From a virus: a DNA stretch of 56,960 nt. Location: positions 1 through 56,960 of IMG/VR virus record IMGVR_UViG_3300008223_000001. One strand, 5' to 3'. Every line of letters starts with the position of its first letter. The stretch's first letter is position 1. The translations under genes and the position numbers were made by a program. This document shows positions 55,001-56,960 of this stretch, piece after piece. The notes under the pieces are model-generated. The model searched no databases. It was not told the DNA's origin and worked only from the letters and a program-made list of their open reading frames with translations.

Positions 55001-56960
55001 AAATCGCGTTTATACAAGAGGCGAATAATTCAAATAAAAAGAAAAAGCTTTTCCGTGATATGAATACCGGCGTGAAACGAATCATGATTGGCGGCTCAAA
55101 GAATATGGGCACCGGTGTGAACGTTCAGCAACGTTTAGTGGCGCTGCATCATTTGGATGTCGATTATTTACCGGCGCATATCGTACAGCGTGAAGGCCGT
55201 GCAATCCGTCAGGGCAATAAGAACGCGGATATGGGTAAGGCCGTAAAGTTAGTGGCGTATGCGACCGAAGGCACCATTGACGCCTTCATGTGGCAGCTAA
55301 ACCAGACTAAGCAAACGATGATCGATCAGATCATGAGCGGCGACCTGTCCATTGATACCATGGAAGATGTCAGCGACTCCGTTAACCAAATGGCAATGGC
55401 CAAAGCACTCGCGTCGGGTAATCCGTTATTGTTGGAGCAAGCCGGTTTAGAGGCAGAAGTGCGCAAGCTGGAAGCTTTGAAAGAAGCCCACATTAACCAA
55501 CGGTTTCATGCGCGTGGGGGTATTGTTAATCTTAAAGAAACCGTGGCACGACTAACCGCCGCCCAAAAACCGTTTAAAGCGCTGGCACAACAGTACCAAG
55601 AAACCAAAGGGGATAAATTCAAAGCCACGATTGACGGCGCGAGTTTTAAAGATCGAAAGAAAGCCGGTGATGAGCTGTTGGATCTCGCAATGATCGCGAC
55701 CACGAATAAGCAGGCGGAAACGACAAAGGTCGGCAATATCGGTGGTTATGATGTGTTTATGCGCGCTTATTACGGCGATCAAGTCAGTATCGACGTGGGC
55801 CATAGTAGTAAGGCCGAGGGCGTATTAAACGACGCTTATCGTTTTGATACGGTCATCTTACGAATGGATGATAAGCCTAGCGCCGTGGGCGTGATTCGTC
55901 AGATTGAAAACGCGGCCGGTTTGATCAATCGCCACCCTGAAAAGTTAAGCGTACACCTTGACGAAACAAACCAGAAGGTTAAGAACCTACAGTCATTATT
56001 GAATTCAGAGTTCCAGTATGAGACCGACTTGCAAGAAAAGTCTGAACGACTTGAGCAAGTGAATAATGATATTGAAGCGTTTGATGAGGAGGCGGTTGAA
56101 GAAACAACACCTGCAGGTGTTGTTTCCGAAGAATCAGAGGCGCTTGGGTTTAACCGGCGCGCTCCGGTTTTCTCCCGTAGAAGTAGTGCAGTCTCCGACG
56201 GAGACACTATTGCCGAGCGGGTGGAAACGCCCCTTGATCATGATTTCGTTGTTTCGGAAGTAGCGCGGCTCCGGAAGCTCCTCAACTTGAGTGCTAAGGT
56301 CAAGTTTCAAACGGTCTTTGATCCGGAAACGCTCAAGTACGACATTAAAGAGCAGGCGAAGCTTGATGGGTTTGATATTCATGAGGCAGAAGGCATCCTA
56401 TTTGAAGACACCGTGTATGTGATGTCTAAGCAAATTATGAGTGTAGCACAACTGCATCAAGTCGTGCTTCACGAGGCCGCGCACTACGGGGGCTGGGCGA
56501 TGTACGGTAAAGACATGAAAACCGCTTACCGTGATATCTGGATCAAGATGGACGGCGTTAAGGGGATTAAGAAGCGCGCCGCCAAGCTTGGCTTTAATAT
56601 GGATCAGTACTTTGTCTCTGAAGACGCTAAGTACAGTAACGGCAAAGTGACCGCCGAGGAGCGTATCAGAACGCTAGTGGATGAGTTTATTGCTCATGCG
56701 AATGAGGCAAAAGCCAGCGAGCATGTCGGACAAAAACTAAAACGATGGATCAAAGAGTTCATTGGTCAGTTCCGCCAATTGATGACTAAGCACTTTTCTA
56801 AAGAATTCGCGCGGTTTACCTATACAGACCTCGCCTTCTTGCTGAAAAGAATAAACAAAGCCTCGCAAGTGGGCGCTAAAGCTGGGAGTCGTCCTAAATT
56901 TAGCCGACGACGTAATGCGCCGGACGAAAAACCAGCAAGCATTCGTGACAAGATGAATGC
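46066..56960 (+). CDS. Giant polyvalent protein, 5' part (continues across the junction into 2..3007; total 4,592 aa)
   Basis: The ATG at 46066 overlaps the TAA of the upstream gene (TAATG). The frame with pos mod 3 = 1 showed no stop in the long stretches I translated by hand (46066-48700, 48901-51300, 51541-51960, 53581-53940, 56461-56960). Every plus-strand ORF the track lists in this span is in another frame, and only antisense shadow ORFs are listed on the minus strand. The track omits this ORF because it has no in-window stop. Confidence 0.9.
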   Translation, partial: MGIEERWKGVEEDERFSSLDDVGKTKVKDNFFNQYVTPRVAEDKLDVARERFDGIASPVVAYDYVKSMAGGAASMVQGLSWLANKGTGGAIDEKFNKVLGRSLTDMGGDAAKYWTDKFSASMKRSASKRFISDKEGEIFGDAMLDPHAWGNTFAQSIPMMVPGIAAAGLTAKASVARSLGGKVFATESAKKVAEKIAMKKAAGTAAVVGSTAEGTISAGMIGHKVESHILGMKPEDLVGSPFFDELIDSGMEVEAAQKELAHKASLSAALPAGVMVGLLGFHFNKMVGDAVVGGLSTNVAKEAGKGAALEGTTEIAQGLAEGMMEQSTLNSAANVDFKPRDIANDAVAGLGAGSSMGFAVGAGGSINSNIKQYKENKAGTAPDSEENGAPQPEPENDLDEQLETLRSAGADLQSQMMQTDDQNEIAALRSALEEVHTQASNLVEENYEAPPVDGVEVDQVLTEHEAQREEIPTLTEEVKPERIEPTDELNAALKEEFPEMRSFSGDQGESAFEYHPEDFDQDLELDDYGQELAVTINEARHAGVSETELENALAGEADDNLVHAINQLTHGRLNFETQSIGTSEPVADETAEVTQAESSSQPAKPASITSEEISEKANQAATSPTNDLAEPTQAQKESGNYKKGAPFKLHGLNVVIENPKDSTRSGEDEKGKAWSNTMGAHYGDIKGTKGADGDALDIFIGPNPEVDKFYVIDQINPNDGTFDEHKIMSGFKTAEEAKAAYLSSYDKDWQGIGDMQFATKQGLGAWIKKADTTKPYYSKSTLPLKSSAAEVVQKDTTEVAQKEPQDVAQNSTTLDLIDFSEKAYLVKGETKVHKEKLQALGGSFNRKHQGWMYSKKRSGEKLKAFVDDINRYPDIEKDVATWKSVNPSSVQPESSVEGFKQGHRDRKDGKPADRSKGHAYELGFSLASKNHAIDKNETKVDEVNHGQVQKESTTPQIKIIETNQEVLSAKEKDRDTSAPVQGSSGSNGQVEGKPNSRPNSQPKAGLENDEASPAQPRSLSKSSEQLSDKPKPSLKKKAKPKLHKTIDRLENYFKPDRIVKSYFGQDKVISFERGDDNKWTVVVAEADADGKVIGDSRSHSTAPSNKELLAWEKTNPIGAEDKATQSVAKNEGTAPEHLGNEGKPLDHKNKFSPAFEGEVIEHAVLDEGIELLEIDKKAFAEIINSRVDLFTSPKNLVLNAKRVNESEILQPPERPVGLEYGVWEIKARSEVVAELKADMRGEGYKSPASGERIIIELLNDEGKPVSKANGSTRNNTYRIRSNYNNRFTEAPRLLLEKPKARVKFREEIVKHKDSDTAYDKMRAAANAMWLELDRDIMVRDQWVSHAIAQSEDSATHRENSQRTILSLFDYTGMWGQPYADAGYNVIPLDIQNGHDILDLNHEYLSEVLGIEGEIYGILAACPCTDFSNAGARHYPPKDADGRTEASKELVIATLEAIEAIDPKFWVLENPIGRIEKLTGLPNARMNFDPWQFGHAYTKKTYLWGKFNTDLPLAPVDPVMGSKMHAKYGGKSIATKNARSKTPENFAYSFFMANNFADATPEKRLTDEYPEVSGAVKAALNGGISEDRIHELIEFDYGNQDYADARKVLADEILKTNPTESSKVQQSQITKDKAHVKDPNNDSRNDQRTESKQVPGTDEIGGSGRDVVGLSGTGKRSGKPSSNSSSARVDESNDAGKNTSDAASSESSNGDRAKPDTGRSDTPISENYRITSKDKLGEGKPLEKARANLDAIGIIKTLQKENRPASDAERAQLVKYTGWGAGALANNLFPTKGEPSGSWKGLYDEMRELLTPEELTTASRSTQYAHYTPKAVIDSIYKALGNMGFKRGMTLEGGLGTGHFIGLAPKKMHMEYVGVEMDGISAAIGKALYPNASVIHGDFTRIGLPENFFDLSIGNPPFASITVKSDPKYKALGFKLHDYFIAKQIDSVKAGGLAVFVTSKGTMDKVDSAARDYLADKANLLGAMRLPQTAFKASAGTEVVTDILFFQKKPERFNEKGEKEKVDGGHTWQGLRTISTPDGTAKINQYFASNPDMILGESRLTSSRFGGNEYTVAPTGNINTLLKEAVAKLPSNLVERNPTVKELDERARLYDFGPKRKEDSFYVGGKGDIRVIRDGFGQSVPVRGGEQRSGLTKKQAEIIRDYIPMRDAVMKVYAEQFSDGDWKGAQKALSKEYEAFVKKHGPINQSKTTIRKDGVEMIREPVLSALDLDPEAYRVAGIEHYDATTNTGEKADIFTKKIIDRNASTSIETAADAMNVTLNERGFLDIEYLIEKYNQPLEDVLTELGEAAYLNPETESYVTADDYLSGNVKQKLYLAKKAAKDDKTYGRNVEALESVQPDDMPVSRIPMNLGAHWIPATIVEEFAKETIGLTGTVTSFIKGDKSSWDVTGQTLMGKFGTGRMSPHKLLSAALNKKTVVIRDSDPSGEKGATVINKPETAAANQKIQELKAAFEKWALNNVEVSEQLHEIYNRDFNTMVPRQYNGDHLTLPRLSSKYVLHKWQKDVVWRILQTGNTYMAHDVGAGKTLASTVAGMELKRLGLAKKPTYVVLKSTLKQFATELLDAYPDANILVADERQLDKKNRRRFLAKIANNDYDAIIMTHESFETIPMSDEFVTDYINGQLKEYQETLESIDEADRASRKTVEGQIESLNNQLVALNNQGKKDKGITFQETGIDFVFVDEAHHHKKIPFPTNQSNTKGVDSSGSQRAQDLFMKSRYLNSIKPNKNLVLMSGTPVTNTLGEVFNIQRYLQPDALEAGKVSSFDAWSATFADTVTELEMQASGGFKPVTRLARFVGIPALLRDFLRIADIVSNKTLSESLTIKRPEIETGARQMLTTKRTPELAQFQKELGARIKALENKKGGAKKGEDNTLVIITDGRKAAYDMRMVGREQTGPSKIDLLIDEVAKEYHATSDDVYAIKGKPEVLKGSAQLIFTELAKASGFNIYEYIRTELVKKGVPEKEIAFIQEANNSNKKKKLFRDMNTGVKRIMIGGSKNMGTGVNVQQRLVALHHLDVDYLPAHIVQREGRAIRQGNKNADMGKAVKLVAYATEGTIDAFMWQLNQTKQTMIDQIMSGDLSIDTMEDVSDSVNQMAMAKALASGNPLLLEQAGLEAEVRKLEALKEAHINQRFHARGGIVNLKETVARLTAAQKPFKALAQQYQETKGDKFKATIDGASFKDRKKAGDELLDLAMIATTNKQAETTKVGNIGGYDVFMRAYYGDQVSIDVGHSSKAEGVLNDAYRFDTVILRMDDKPSAVGVIRQIENAAGLINRHPEKLSVHLDETNQKVKNLQSLLNSEFQYETDLQEKSERLEQVNNDIEAFDEEAVEETTPAGVVSEESEALGFNRRAPVFSRRSSAVSDGDTIAERVETPLDHDFVVSEVARLRKLLNLSAKVKFQTVFDPETLKYDIKEQAKLDGFDIHEAEGILFEDTVYVMSKQIMSVAQLHQVVLHEAAHYGGWAMYGKDMKTAYRDIWIKMDGVKGIKKRAAKLGFNMDQYFVSEDAKYSNGKVTAEERIRTLVDEFIAHANEAKASEHVGQKLKRWIKEFIGQFRQLMTKHFSKEFARFTYTDLAFLLKRINKASQVGAKAGSRPKFSRRRNAPDEKPASIRDKMN
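46240..47175 (+). other. Gly/Ala-rich hydrophobic N-terminal region of the giant protein
   Basis: Segments include MAGGAASMVQGLSWL, SIPMMVPGIAAAGLTA, AAGTAAVVGSTAEGTISAGMIG, LSAALPAGVMVGLLGF and GLGAGSSMGFAVGAGGS. It resembles the membrane-active parts of ejection or tape-measure-type proteins. Confidence 0.5.
47980..48330 (+). other. Pyrophosphatase-like (InPase-type) module of the giant protein
   Basis: Hand translation: GNYKKGAPFKLHGLNVVIENPKDSTRSGEDEKGKAWSNTMGAHYGDIKGTKGADGDALDIFIGPNPEVDKFYVIDQINPNDGTFDEHKIMSGF. I recognise this pattern from polyvalent phage and plasmid proteins. Confidence 0.55.
50152..50730 (+). other. Minimal C5-cytosine DNA-methyltransferase-like module
   Basis: Motif I-like LSLFDYTGMWG (50161). 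Motif IV PC in AACPCTDFS (Pro-Cys at 50329-50334). Motif VI-like WVLENP. Then AYTKKTYLWG. It is only about 190 aa, and no obvious target-recognition domain follows. Confidence 0.6.
51247..52100 (+). other. N6-adenine DNA methyltransferase module (NPPF class)
   Basis: YTGWGAGALANNLF. AdoMet motif LEGGLGTGHF. Catalytic motif NPPF at 51805-51816. Then GGLAVFVTSKGTMDK. Confidence 0.8.
53590..55330 (+). other. SF2 (DEAH/SNF2-like) helicase module
   Basis: Walker A HDVGAGKT (GAGKT at 53680-53694). Walker B DEAHHHKK (DEAH at 54157-54168). MSGTPVTN. Motif VI QREGRAIRQGN (55186-55215). Confidence 0.8.
56440..56520 (+). other. HExxH zincin-like motif in the giant protein
   Basis: QVVLHEAAHYGGWAMYG, with HEAAH at 56470-56484. 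Confidence 0.45.
56838..56960. repeat. Terminal overlap, copy 2 (identical to 1-123)
   Basis: Same 123 bases as the window start. This is the signature of circular assembly or circular permutation. Confidence 0.95.

Larger units (their letters stand above)
1..56837. mobile_element. Complete circular phage-plasmid-like replicon (unit length 56,837 bp)
   Basis: The exact 123-bp overlap of the window ends implies a circle. It carries both virion morphogenesis genes (terminase, portal, scaffold, coat, fibres, lysis) and plasmid maintenance genes (RepA with iterons, ParA with partner, resolvase). There is no integrase. Confidence 0.75.

Noticed and set aside
46746-56382. Numerous minus-strand ORFs (for example 49218..49781 at 187 aa, 52240..52677 at 145 aa, 53094..53441 at 115 aa) and short plus-strand ORFs listed across this span.
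   Set aside because: All lie antisense to, or out of frame within, the continuous giant ORF. They have Leu/Ser/Arg-rich shadow composition and no recognisable motifs.

Overview
The window is one complete circular replicon. Bases 56838-56960 repeat bases 1-123 exactly, so the unit length is 56,837 bp. I read it as a phage-plasmid, with no rRNA, tRNA, CRISPR array, transposase or integrase-type recombinase seen.

Minus-strand block (3236-14140):
- Plasmid maintenance genes: a small serine recombinase, RepA beside five 22-bp iterons, and ParA with a small partner protein flanked by CACTACAAA-type repeats.
- A CsrA homologue, a Gp157 / Rad52-like recombination pair, and a CI-like repressor.
- About 15 small early ORFs.

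Plus-strand block (14238, through the contig junction, to 3239):
- Replication and recombination genes (NinB-like, Ref/HNH-like, ParB-nuclease-like).
- A stand-alone receiver-domain protein next to an XRE regulator and small-ORF pair.
- A lysis cassette, terminase small and large subunits, portal, scaffold and a P22/N4-type coat protein.
- About 15 tail or fibre genes with FN3/Ig-like modules, including a pro-subtilisin.
- Putative ejection proteins.

The most striking feature is absent from the supplied ORF track because it has no stop codon in the window. An ORF opens at 46066, runs off the 3' end, and continues in frame into the listed 2..3007 ORF. That gives 13,779 nt (4,592 aa), about 24% of the replicon. 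By hand translation its modules, in order, are:
- a Gly/Ala-rich hydrophobic N-terminus;
- a pyrophosphatase-like module;
- a minimal C5-cytosine-methyltransferase-like module;
- an NPPF N6-adenine methyltransferase;
- an SF2 DEAH helicase;
- an HExxH zincin motif;
- a PLxRFG region with two hydrophobic hairpins.

This is a DarB-like polyvalent protein, probably packaged and injected.

Other points worth follow-up:
- a dnaX-type A_AAA_AAG frameshift site at the start of the small-terminase gene;
- the receiver / XRE / small-ORF module as a possible second lysis-lysogeny input;
- a recurring 'ATETS' peptide module in three tail ORFs flanking the subtilisin gene.

All family assignments come from motif recognition by eye. 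No HMM or BLAST search was possible.
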